From Tubulanus polymorphus (Eukaryota; Animalia; Nemertea): DNA of 64,000 bases. The DNA lies in NCBI RefSeq assembly GCF_964204645.1, contig NC_134028.1, forward strand, positions 19,599,653 to 19,663,652. Reading direction: 5' to 3'. The position numbers and the translations under genes were made by a program. This document shows, piece after piece, positions 10,345 to 23,200 of the stretch. Below the pieces are notes generated by a model. It saw only the letters and a program-made list of their open reading frames with translations, was not told where the DNA came from and did not search any database. Numbering within the stretch: the stretch's first letter is position 1; every line of letters begins with the position of its first letter.

Positions 10345-12862
10345 ATTCTTACAGCAAAGTACAACGCTCATTGAGCAGAACAAAAAAAATATGTTTATAC
10401 AATAGACAAATTATAGCCTGATGAAAAGGTGCACAGCAAATCAATATAAATGTATGATATGAAATTGTCATCACTTTTTAGTGGATACAGAAGAATTCTA
10501 CAAGTGAAGTGATTTCACTGTTCGAAAATTGAAAATTTGGGTCATTCTTAATTTCAAGAAACTTCATAATAGACTTGGCATTATATACTTATTCACTAAC
10601 TCAGGGTCATTTAAAGATGTGTATATATCAGGAATAGTTTGTATTAGTGTGAACTTATCAAATCTATAGAGGCTGGACATATGGATAATGAAGCGCCCTA
10701 AAGTAAATCTGCTCCCAAATATTGCCAACCTACAGCAGCGGGGTAAATAAAGCTAAATCATGGGCAAAGGAATGTAACCCAACATATTTCTGTCCGACGT
10801 AGCACCCATAAGACGATGCTTCTAATCTCTTTAATATGTCATCTATGTAAACATTGAATGAAATCGGAGAAAAATTCGCTCCTTGTTTAAGCCCGTTGGA
10901 AGCATTGAAAAAAATATGAGTAGTTTCCATTCCACTGGGTTCTGATATTTTGATTAGTATACATATTTATAATAAATCTAATAATCTGAACATTAATCCC
11001 CCTATCGAATAGGAGTGAAAAAAGTTTAATATCTGTGATTAATACGATCGAATGTGCGTAAATAATAAAAAATGACAGTTACCACCCCTTTTATTGTAAT
11101 AATAAATGGTTTCATTAAGGACAAATGACAGTCAGCTGTTGGTTTTAAATCCGAATTGGAACTCGCTAGAAGATAGTAATGTTGAGTTGATCTTAATCAA
11201 AGTATTGTCAAAAACTTTTCCTGAGACACCCCTGAGGGCGATGCCTCGATAATTAGTTGAATCTGAAAGTGATTTACGTTTATTTTTAGGTGTTGATATA
11301 ATTGTTGTCACCAAAATACTGTCGGTACAATGTGCGTGTTTAATCATAATTAAATAATGTCGTAATATATTGAAAAAGTTTATCCGTCCCATTAATCAGG
11401 TGATCAGTATACTGACCAAGATATCCATCATTTTTCCCTTGTTTAATTTCAAAATACTGTCTTTGATGAGGTCGTCGGAGAATTAGAGTTTGTGATCTAT
11501 CGTTGATTTGAAACATTTAATTTATTTGATAGTTTTGTCATTTCACCCTTATTGAACCCCACTGAGTTGTATTGTTCTTCATATTGAGAGGCAAATAATT
11601 TAGCAATATTTTCAGAAGACTTCATTTCGTCTATGCTAGTTGGTATAGATACATCCGTCCCAAGGATACGTTGTACCTGTTCCCAAAAAATTTGGAGTTT
11701 CCTCCAGATAATGAAACGGCTAACTGTCTTGATCTATTTCTATTGGAGTGTTTTTATGAATTTTACGGTCCTATGATATTCTTTTCGGGTACGTTCCCGA
11801 ATATCGAAAATTTAACCTTCTTTAGGTCTCCCATTGCTTTTCCATAGATTATGCCAGAATAATGCCTTATTGCGAATATTTCTAACGTTTTCATCCCACC
11901 CTGAGTAAGCATTTTTACGTTTTTTACGTCCACTATTCGAAGTTTTTGGTATTGTATCTTTACTCGCGTCTGTACAGGCTTTTATGATCTGGCTAAATAG
12001 TTGCTTAATTAATTCACCATGCTCTGTACAGTTTACCTTTATCACATGCTATCAGACCAGCTGATAGAGTAACGAAATCTAAGTTATTATCTAATGCTGT
12101 TTATAAGCCTGAAAGTTGACAACGGTGGTCCTATGCAATAACGTTTTCTCAGCAAACTTCAAAGGTGTATAACTAGTTCTACTGATTAGCTCGGGAATAT
12201 TTAGTGGAGACTAATCGGGAGGTGATCGGAATAGTTATCCAAACATTCAGTTCTCAAATGACAAGGCACAATCTACAAAATTGCTACTAATAAGAATATG
12301 ATCGATATTTGGCCGTTCATAGTTCTGTTTACTTTCAACGGTATAATCTACTTTATATAAGGTGTAACATGAACCTGAGAATTCATTTTCTAAAATATCT
12401 TTCAACATTATAGTATGTGGGGATGACCGTTGGAAATCAGTATTGAAGTCACCTTCCACAATCATAAAATCGGCATTTTGATTTACACATTAATTCACTA
12501 AGATTTATACACGTATTTATTTATACCCGTATTTATACTCATCTATGTTTGATTCCTCATAAAAAGAGCAGTCGCACGGCATATAAACACAGGCGATGAG
12601 AATATTCATATTATGTATAATTCAATGATGTATCTGGTATGATGAGCCGTTCGATGATATACTGCAAATTCATTGTTTTTCAAGGAATCAGCAAACGAAT
12701 AAAACTGTCCTTCGTACATCCAATGTTCTTGAATAAAATATCAGTTTTGTTTAAAATCTTTTTCACAAATTCTGTTCTTCCTGGGCCTAGCCCGTAAGAA
12801 TTGTACGATGTAATAACGATAGCTATTGTAACACAATATAGTTTTAATACTTTATCCATCAT
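10345..12862 (-). mobile_element. Degenerate non-LTR retrotransposon (APE-RT, RTEX/Proto2-like)
   Basis: Colinear fragments GDFNTD..IDHILIS (APE), ALFWHNLWKSNGRP, NYRGIAL..GKVFD..QFGFK and NGLKQG..SPISFNVYIDD..SFAHDL (degenerate YADD). Clade and boundaries are tentative. Confidence 0.75.
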
Positions 12863-14898
12863 GGTCTAGGAAATTGAGTTTTGGTGAAGGGTGATTTCGT
12901 GACGGTCATATGCACGTTATGCATATTTTTGCTTTGGATTTTTAATGCGTCTCGTGCATCTAAATTGTGATTTATGCGAGTGTGGTGAGAAGAAATAATA
13001 AAAATTGAACGATATTAAAGATTATATATGAAATGGTATCTATTTTCAACTCCGTTATTTGTGAAGAGAAAGCTGTTACTTAGTTTCTTCTCCATGTTGA
13101 TTCCTTGGGACTAGAAAACGTATCGGTACTAGACGGCGGTTTCGGTCAAAATAATTTTTAAGGAACCGCGGTACATGTTTGGTCGTAGCACATTTTACGT
13201 TTGCAGCCATCTAAAACTACATACGGCCCAACCTAGAGCGACCGTACTCAAATCTACTAAGATCGCAAAAAGTCGATTAACTTTGATAACCGGTGCTTGC
13301 TCTGGTGCCGATCTCTTTCTATAGTATTAGTGAAGAAATTCCGTGTTTTAAAAAATTCTGCGATTCCGTCATTCCGGTCTGTAGGTGGTGCTCCTATAAA
13401 ATTACTGTTGTTTTTTACTGATTTAAGAAGGATTCCGACCAAATCTATGTACGGCATTTAAACTAACAAGTCTAAACCCGTTATCGCTGCTTTGCAGCTA
13501 TATTTGAATTTGTCACTTTTCTACCTTGCTATTTATTAAATCAGTACATTTTGCGATGTCCCTCTAATACTTTTGGGTTTGAACGTAAATGAAATAAACA
13601 AATAGCCTACTCAGATTTGAAATGACATGTTAACCGAAAATAAAACTAATTTAGAAAATCTAAGGAATCAGTTATTATCGATAAAATGATGAATACGATT
13701 AAATACCTTTATCAAATTCATTCTGTTGAGCTTCGGATATTTATCGAGTGCAATAAATTCACTTTCTCGATATCTTTTCGCGATTAAATCGCCAACACTA
13801 GCAACATACTTCATAGCAGTAGGAGGCTCACCGTGAGCCGGCCTGGATTTCAATCTGAGAGTCGATCTAGGTAACATGCTTTCTGCCGTCTCCAACGCAC
13901 TGGTGAATTACGCACTGTCATATCATATATCTAACTATCATTTAATCATTCCTAGGTTCCAACCAGGAAATTGATTAATATATTTTGTGAAGGTACCGCG
14001 GGTTAGGGGTGAGAGGTTTAATGTACAGCCGGATAAATATAAGTCATAAATTTATCCGGCTGTACAAACCTCTCACCATAACATTGTAATACAATACATG
14101 TTTTGTGTCTATATTGTTTAAGTAATAAACTGATACGTATCAGTTTTACTTCGTATCAATGATTGATGATATCCTGGTTATAAGTCAACATTGTAGAAAA
14201 TAATAAAACTTCCTTAATTTACGTACTCGTGTGTCTTTGGTGCTTGGTTTTTTGAAAGCAGACGCATGCCATTTTGACATTTTGATATTCGATGTATATG
14301 AATCCGACCAGAAAGGAAGCCTGGTGCCCCAACCCCGAAGTCATCTAGTGTTAAACTGCCAATAAGACTCTATGATTAGATGTTTAGAAGAATGTTTCAA
14401 CGCTCTAACTAGTTAGACAGTAAATAAACTAATGTTAAGTGAATGACTTTCATGATAGACGTGTTAAGACAGAGTCAACAATGATGACCACCATTAACTC
14501 TTTACAGAACTGTAAATCGTGAATATTATTACAATCAGCTCATTCTTTTTAAGCTGATTGTGTTCAAGATCTAATAACAACTTTTATTACAATAAGTAGA
14601 TAACATTCATCAAATATGCTCTTAATGACTCGCGGGGAACACAGTGAACTCTAGCGCCGGGGCTCTACCTAACAGGGTGGACGTATCAGTCGTAACCATC
14701 GCTCATCTATCGATCTTACCCTAGCAGGCCCCATACTTAATATCTCCAGCTTGCCAGTCGATCATGCTAACCATAGATCGTAGTGGTTGAGAAAGTTTAG
14801 AAGTCATCTGATTTGACCCTAGGGTTAAAATTTGAAAAAAAAGACTCAAATTTTAACCCAGGGTCAGACTAGAGTTGAATCCTTAATTCAGAGTTAAA

Positions 14899-16340
14899 AT
14901 GGCTGCCCTCTACTTGATGGCTGGGCGACAAGCTAAGGAAAAGTCATATTCCTCGAGGATAGACCGTATTTTAACAGATGATGAATGCTACCACCGATAT
15001 AGCAGGCATTGAGCGACTTCACGGTCTGTTATCACACCATCTTGTTGACAGAGATTCGAAACGTGGTCTACCTTTAACCAAAAAACCAGACTTCTGATAG
15101 CAATGCACTTTTACGCAAGTGGATAATTCTTAGAAGTGATTGCTGATAGTTTTGGGGTGAGCAAATCGACGGTGTCAAGATGTATAAGCGAAGTGACCAA
15201 TGCTCTATATATGCTCGTTGAAGAATGATTTTTTGTAAAATTTCCTACGACAAATTTTGAAATATTTCGCTAAAACGAAAGCGGACTTATGTCTGATATC
15301 GCAATTTCCTGGGATAATTGGGTGCATCGATGGAACGCACATGCGATTAAAGGTTCCAAATGAGAAAGAAGCCGACCATGTTAATGGTTAAAGGGAAACC
15401 ATAGTATCAATGTGCAGGCTGTTTGCAATGCCGATGGTAAGTTTAATATTTATAGTAAGATAGGTAAGCATATACATTCACACACCGCGAATTTATTGGT
15501 ACAAAAAAATTATATTTAATTGACTCGCGAATAACAAGATTCGAAATATATACTATAGAAGATTTTGGAATAGTGGTCTGAGCTCAAGCTAAGGGAAGGG
15601 GGGAGGGATATTGGTAAGATATTCATACTTTTTAGCTTATGCTTTAAGAATATTCATTTCATTTTCAGGATTATTTACGAATATTTTTGCACTATGGCCA
15701 GGAAGTTGTCACGATATAGCTTCATCTACAGAGCCTTTTCGCTTGCCAGGTAACGTTTTGAGAAATTAAAAGCCGCGTAGTAAATGTAAAAGCAATATAG
15801 GCCTACAAGGAGCTGAATTTAACTAACGTGCTTAATGTTGCTTCAGTCGTTGTTGGCATAGCGCCGATTGGTTATTTAAGCCTAATATACTTCACAAAAT
15901 GCGATAGGTTACTTAATAGAAAATGTCTACTCTAACTTCAATATAGAAAATCCATGTATTTTAAACAATTATAATCTTACATTTTAGATACTTGAATGGA
16001 ACCCCTTACGAAGGTCACTTGCTTGGGGATAGTGGATATGCCTTAAAACCACCTCATTACACCATACTTTAATTGTAATGGACTGCAACAACATAACTTA
16101 AATAGATCTCATAAACAAACCTGTCAACTATAGAAAGAACATTTGGATGGCTAAAGAGAAGATTTCACTGTTTACATGGTGAATTAAGATTAGCTCCTAC
16201 AAAAGCATGCAAGGTTATAACAGCATGTGCAGTATTGCAAACTCGCAATAATGAATAAAGTGGTTTTCAGGGATGATGCAGTGAATTATGAACTAGTAGA
16301 AGATGACAGGGCCGTCGTTTTGCTTAACAATTTTTTTTCA
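14899..16340 (+). pseudogene. Harbinger (HARBI1-like) DDE transposase, spliced, degenerate
   Basis: FGVSKSTVSRC, FPGIIGCIDGTH, SINVQAVCNAD, WPGSCHD, LLGDSGY and [12 protein letters not shown] appear in order. Probable GT-AG introns at ~15437-15668 and ~15750-15988. Confidence 0.8.
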
Positions 16341-17261
16341 AAAGCACGCTCGTCATTGTCTGTACTAGGTGGTTGGCTCACGGCTTCTCATGCTTCTGTG
16401 AATGAGACCGTGAAATGGCCCCAAAACGCATCTCCGGCGATTGAATTTTCAAAATTTTTTTTGTATATATATATATATATATAACTTTTGAAAAAAAACA
16501 AATTCACCATTTTATACACAATTATTCCTTTTTTCTAAGTGTTTTCTCTTCGCTTTGTTTTCTGGAACGAGAAATGAATTTATGATCGTGCGTGGTTTGG
16601 ATTGAGTTGGCGTTTAATGAAACATCCGACAGTATTTAGATTCAATCAACGAGCAAACAAAAGAAATCAGATAACATTTATAATGCGATTATTTGATAAC
16701 TTTGATCAATACATAATTTGTGACACTTACCGCATGAAATATTTTCGGTCGATTTTTGCGAAAATTTTGCGTAACCGTATCTTGCAGCAGGATTTTGTCG
16801 GCGAGTACGATGTAATCTGTGTGAAAGAAAATATAATATATGAGTCCAGTGGGATTCGAGCCCTGCCTGCTCTGCAAAAAAGGCGGCGCTCGTGGCACGA
16901 TGCCAGCCATTGCTGCATGTATTTTTGGGTCTAGCAGTAGACACTGTAAATTTAGGATTATGAATCAATCACAAAGCACTTGGAGGGTTTATATGCTCGG
17001 AATGCTTGGAAGGCCAGACATGTTCAGTGTACTGTCAAGTAGGTAACATGGCATAAGCTTAGATAAACAGGGTAAGTAAGAATTTAAATCTTCTAGTCAC
17101 GAGGTCATGATCTATTTTCCGACCCTGAAATTCAAGGATACTTCCTGGATAGGTTTTAAGGTCATCAATGACGTAATCAGGCAGCCGATAATATAAAACA
17201 AATGCTCAACTCATTAGATTCACACCATGGATTCGGGTCTAAAACCAAATGATTTCTTACC

Positions 17262-17785
17262 CTATTCTTCATTTAATGCATCCAATAAAATTATTCCTTG
17301 ACCTTCTTGTTGCCCAGTGTTATAAAATACGGGAAAACTGTCGAGATAATCGGTGTCTGGAATGACGCTCCATGCCACCCGGTTTTCATTCGCCGCGATG
17401 ATCTTTTCAATGACTGGATCTTCCTCAGTGAGGCAAGTATCCGGTGGTCCACCCCCCGTTTTCTGGAGACTGCCTTTCCGCTCCATATTTTTCACTTTCG
17501 CTTTTGAGGACATGTTTTTCCATTTATACTTAATGTCATCAGGCTTGCGGACAGCGTTTCCCAGGCTATTGACAGCCGCCGTGATATCTTTCCAAAGCGC
17601 CTGGTTCCTTCTATTTATTGGAGATATCTGTCGTCAGTTTCGAAAACAAGACGTCCTTATTCTTGAGCACCATATCTGATAAAACCGCCATTTCGTCTTT
17701 GCTAAAATTGCATCCTCTTGTATGCCCTTTTTTGTTTGAAATCAGAGGAGGCAACGTCGCTGATGGGATTTGAAAACGACGCCAT
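17262..17785 (-). pseudogene. Myb/SANT-like DNA-binding protein of the Harbinger element
   Basis: NFSKDEMAVL...WKDITAAVNSLGNAVRKPDDIKYKWKNM...KTGGGPP; frameshifted. Confidence 0.75.
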
Positions 17786-17958
17786 TTTTAACCCTGATGA
17801 TGAATTGTGGGATACTAACTCAGAGTTAGTTAACTCAGAGCTAACCATGAACTGTGGAACACAATTTTAACCCTCGGTTTACTAACTCTGAGTTTGACCT
17901 TAGGGGCAAAAGCTAACTCAGAGTTAACTTTAACTCACAACTGTGGAACGGGGTCCTG

Positions 17959-18071
17959 GGGCCAGTTGCTCAAAAGTTGGTTAAAGTTGGTCATAGAAAC
18001 AATTAAATTTCAATTGTCACTATGTCAACTATCCAATAGTTAACTCTAGCCAACTTTTGAACAACTGGCCC
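17959..18071. mobile_element. Harbinger/Tourist-type MITE
   Basis: TIRs GGGCCAGTTGCTCAAAAGTTGG / CCAACTTTTGAACAACTGGCCC. Flanks CTG and TTG. Confidence 0.7.
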
Positions 18072-18779
18072 TTGGCCAATAACTATTGTTTTGGTGCGTT
18101 GATTCAATTATGTCGTTTTGTCGTTATGTCGCCCTCATTTGCAAAATCGCGATTTTCTTGCATATTTTGGAATTCGTGATTGGGGTGGGGTCTCGGGAAT
18201 TGAAATTATAGTCAGTTTTTGCCCATTCTGGTGGGTTTTGGAGGCATAAAAGCTGTTCCGTAAAACAGGACAACATTGATGCAAGATGACTTTCCAAGTG
18301 AAAGGGTAATGAAGGTTAATATTTCAGTGATATGGTATTAAAAAACATTTATTCCTAACTTTTAATATACATTTAATGCAAAATAGAAACAAATGATATC
18401 TTTATCAACTTTCAAACCTGTAGTGAATCATCATATACAGCTATAATCATATGGTATTTGATCAACCCCTTTTTTTAAGCACTTTAGTTCCTGGGCTTTT
18501 GTTTTCAGTTTTACTTTAACTTGTATTATTACACCTAGTTTGCCGTTTGTTGTATTCTACTAATTGTTTTCCTGTCTCTGCTTTAATTTACTTTCTGTTA
18601 TTCAATGGATACATCTGTCGTAGATATTGCACCTGCTACCTACACTATACATACACACACACTATAGACGTGTCATTTCATTCATGAATATGCTATAGCT
18701 AGCAAGGGAGTCGCCGAGCTGTATAACGGGTTCCCGTTACTTCTCGCAAAAGTTACGGGTGACGGTTTGCGAGTGGAAC

Positions 18780-19100
18780 TGAAAAGCTCTATTTTCAAAA
18801 AAGGCACAGAATAAACTTGACAGTGTTCCAGATACCCCTGGAGTTTTTCTTTTAGCTGACAGGGGCTATGTTTAAACACGTCCTCTTTTCGGTTCCATAT
18901 GATACCCAAGGCACATTTTGTGATGGGGCAAACTTGGTCAAATCTTTCTTTGTAGGCCTACCGCTAGCTATATGCCACGTCTAAGTCTGCTATGACCCCA
19001 TGCAAATTGGAGAGTCACTTGTTAGTCAAAACCCACCCCTTTGCAGCATGAGCAACTATCTCCTTCAACAAGCTAGTCACAGCTCGGATGGGGTTTAATC
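18780..19100 (-). pseudogene. Possible BEL/Pao LTR retrotransposon pol fragment
   Basis: Minus-strand ALGIIWNRKEDVF resembles the BEL/Pao LG..W....D.F motif. Heavily degraded. Confidence 0.35.
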
Positions 19101-19529
19101 TACCAATTTAATGAGGTCGTAAATGTAGAAATCTTCTAGAGCCACCATCAACCCCGAGGATAAAGGCAGCAGGACGAAAGAACACACTTAGAGTGTAGTT
19201 ATATTGATTACACGTCACGGTAAAGAACATAATCATGTTCAATTCGTGAGACTTGTGCCAAACCAATGTTCAAGTTCTTATCATAAAGCAGCAATTCATT
19301 AGTCAGTTTCTGTCATTTCAGTAAAGGAAGTTACGTCGTCGCATTTTAGTTTTAGTTAACAACACAGTAATATCAGAGGTGATAGTATGTAGACCGACAG
19401 ACTATACTGAGTACACTCCTGGCAGTCCAGTTTGGTTAGGTTAAATTTTAGTTTTAGTTTAAGTTCGGTTTTGGTTTTGAGATACAAACCCGGGATACCT
19501 AATAGGTTAACCCATTCGACGGCAGAGAA

Positions 19530-20175
19530 CGGTGTCCAATTCCTATTGGTCAATATTGGAATGCGCCACGCGGTCCACAGTGAGTAGAATCAGTCGGTCC
19601 CATGTTAAAATGAAGGAGAAAGTGAGTGTTATGTGGGAAGCCGGGTGCGGCGACGAGGTCGGCAGTAATTCGGTTTCGATTCCCGATTTCGACCAACAAT
19701 GCTCAAACCGGCATGATATTTCGGACGATGAGGGCAATGAGGGACCTTCAACTAAAAGGACCAAATCGGGTTCTGCTGTGGGAAGTGCTCATGCCACTGG
19801 CTCGAGCAGGCCTAGCATTTTTCAGCAATGCTGAATAAATGGCAAAGAGACTATAGGAGTTTGGTGAATGGATACCTTGCCAACATAGTGCAGGGGTTAT
19901 TCCAAGAAGGGATTAGTGATGTATCGTTTACGTTTAAGTCTTTTGCAAGAAGTGTGAGAGACCGGACAATTGTGAGAGTCTCGTACCCGTGAAAGTTGAC
20001 CAACTGGCTTGGAATATAATCTCGACGAAGTCACAGTCGATGGATGCGAAGTTACGAATCATGCAGACTCGCATCGCAAAGGCAGGAGTATATCTTACTT
20101 ATCCGGCCAATAAGTTTAGTATTAGTGGATCGGTTGGAAGCCGAGTTATCACAATCACAATCCCAGCAGGATAAG
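19530..20175 (+). pseudogene. DIRS-type retrotransposon gag-like fragment
   Basis: RPDNCESLVPVKVDQLAWNII...MDAKLRIMQTRIAKAG matches the RP.NC..L..P.V...W...D.KL..Q pattern of DIRS ORF1. Confidence 0.55.
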
Positions 20176-20202
20176 AGTGACACGATTGACTTGCAAGAAG
20201 AA

Positions 20203-23200
20203 ATATAGCTGCAAAGCAGCGATGACGGGTTTCCGCCTAACTGGTTAAATGTCGTACTGGGAAGCGTACAAAACTTGAATGGAAATAATTTTAATCAGTC
20301 CATAACATATGACTATTTTGACGAAGCACAACCTGGTCAACAATATTCTGAAATGTGGATCCATAAGGTTTACCAAGTACTGATGTACCATGTCTAGTCA
20401 AAATGCCTTTGAGGATACCAAAGATATGGTGCTTGCAAAGTCCCCTGGTGGCAATCAATCTGTTCAGTGAGGAATTTACATTCAGAAATAAGCAACAATG
20501 TTTAACAAAGTTGTTTTTGTTTTCATTTATAAGCGATAGTTTACTCTTACTTTAGCCTATCGCACATATGTTTATGGGTTTATAACATTTTTTAAAACCG
20601 AACTTGTGAGTGTATACTCATGTATACTCAATAAACATTAATTGACATCAATAGGCAACTTTGCCATGCTAATCACAAATTAGAGAATTGTACATAACAA
20701 AATTATTGCATCGTCGGGATTCGAACGCGATGCACTTCGTCAAGTGATTTAGGGAATGTTGAGTTTATCCGTCAAACGGAAGTTATACAAATGGTGGCTT
20801 TTGAATCGCAGATAGATGAAACACGAAATGACGGATCCTGACTGATGTACTCCGAATCCGTGATTTACGGTTGAGTTGACGCTCATTGGCGTCCGGTAAT
20901 TTGTCGGCATTTCGAGATGTACTTTTTTATCAATGGATGACGATTCCTTGCGTCATTCTTGTCTGCTGTTTAGACCCGGTAATTGCGCGAAATTATTTCA
21001 TTAAACGATCAGACGGAAAGTTATATTTCTGTCAAAATAGAAAATAACGTTTATAAGCTATTAGTAGTCGAATCTGAGTGGAGTTCTGTTTTATGAAAAA
21101 ATTGGTGTACTAAAGTAGGAAGGTGAAAAAGAAATGATGATAATAGATATAGCTGTAAAGCGGCGATGACGGGTTTTCTGAGCTGTTACTGCATTCCTAC
21201 TACCGTCGTCCTCCCTCGGCAGGGATTCGAACCTGATGGCATCGCAACACTCAGCCACAACACGAACCCCTGCCACAGTAGACCGGATGCGCTGGTACAT
21301 GCGCAGCTTTGCCACACGTCAACTAGCGGCACCAATCAGATTGCTCATTGTTTAATCGCTGAACCGTGTACACGAGCCGGTAACAAAAACCTTTGGAAAC
21401 AACAAATTATTCGCTTGTATGAATTTACGCCACTTTTGATAGGACTGCCTAATCAAATATTTCAATCATGGAGATGGCGAGTTGACTGAGCCCGAGGCGC
21501 ACAGTCAATAGTCAATCATTTTCCTTAAAAGTGTTTCATCTATAGAGGAGATTTAATACAACTTGTCAACTGTTCAATTTCTATAATGCGATGACCTATG
21601 CATGAAAATATGTAGATTTCATGGAAGAACTTTAAATGGATTCATGACGTCATGGCTAATAATGCCATCGTCTAAGCTGCGCATGTGGCTGCGCATTCAG
21701 TCTACTGTGGCAGGGTTTCGTACCGTGGCAAGTCTTGATGCCATAAGGTTGGAATCCCTGCCTGAGGATGTACTATCGTAGAACATTGGCTGAACATTGT
21801 TTTGTCGCACAATCATATGGAGAGTATGGGTCACAATCCCAGCCAAAAAGACTGGTTTAGTTACGCGTAGTAATAAAGCTGTGATAAAGACAAATCTGCG
21901 CCATGAAGTCATGCGCAGACATAAATGCCCCCTGGTGACCAAATATAAAAACAAATGACGTTGAAACTCACCACAACTATAGGATATGTCAGCAGCTACA
22001 ATTCTGTTATTGATTGTGATTACAAAATATGGAATATGCCTAGGTACCAATACAATATAGAAATACTACAGTTATTCTACTATTCAACGCCCCCTTGTGA
22101 CCATATGCAAAACCCGATGACCTTGAAACTCACCACAATCATAGGACATATCATGAGCTACTTTGCAATTGATCATGGTAACAAAATATGCCCAGGTACC
22201 AATATAACAAGGAAATGCTAAGTTATTCTACTATTTAATGCCCCCCCCCCTGGTGGCCATGTACAAACACCAACAACCTTGAAACTCACCACAATCATAG
22301 AACATGGTATGAGCTACAACTTTTCAATTGATTGTGGTCACAAAATATGCTTAGGTATCAATGTAATGTGGAGCAAGAGACCCAAGGGGCACTATGGCCA
22401 GTCTGTCAGCTTTTCATCAAATGGCAAATGATGCATTCTGTGGGTTATATATGTCAAAATACACTCCCATCTCAATACCATTATACCAATAATTTACACA
22501 ATACAATTGTGTTGTCAGTAGCACAGACAGCAACTGAAGCTGGCAAGAACAAATACCTCAGATAAATCATGTCCCTTGGTCTCATTGATTTGAATGCGGA
22601 ATAGCATTACATTTTCTGAAATTTGCTCAATAAAACAAAATGGAATTGGATTTGATGTTATATTTGTTCAATAAAGCAAAATCGAATTGGATTTAATCTT
22701 TTTTTTGCAGAATAAAATTTGATTGAATTTGCAGTTTGAGCACATGGCTAATTAGCATATCCAGGTCATCCATCCTATTTGAGAAAAAGCTATTTTCCGG
22801 ACTTTGCATAAATGTATATGATATTTTCTGCAGTGTAAATAAAAATATTCCTCCCAAAAACCAAATCAGCTAAAAGTTTCACAGAATTCGATCTTGAAAT
22901 ACAATTTTAGATCTTAATATAGAACCCGGCAGTAAAACGGTAGACGATACCGCGGGTTCACGTGAAGACCTGCTGATCTCTGCGGCTAAGCCAATCATAT
23001 AGGAGTCTTTGCTTTCTGATTGGCTTTTTAAAACAGATATTTTTGAGTTAAGATTTTCGCGAAAAAGCTCATATAAATTTTAGATTCATAAATTCATGTT
23101 TGTCATTCATCACATGTGTACTGTTTACTAATATCTTTCATATTTATCATTTATATTTCATTCTTTATTGTTCAACAATGTTTAAAGTCATTAAGGAGCA

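Larger units (their letters stand above)
14810..17955 (+). mobile_element. Harbinger/PIF DNA transposon relic (transposase plus convergent Myb/SANT gene; left end not found)
   Basis: Transposase and Myb motifs listed in the two features below. Right terminus ...TGTGGAACGGGGTC followed by CTG. Subterminal AACTC(A/T)GAGTT repeats. Confidence 0.8.

Noticed and set aside
16340-17046. Cluster of short overlapping ORFs
   Set aside because: No recognisable motifs; probably non-coding or inserted sequence inside the Harbinger relic.
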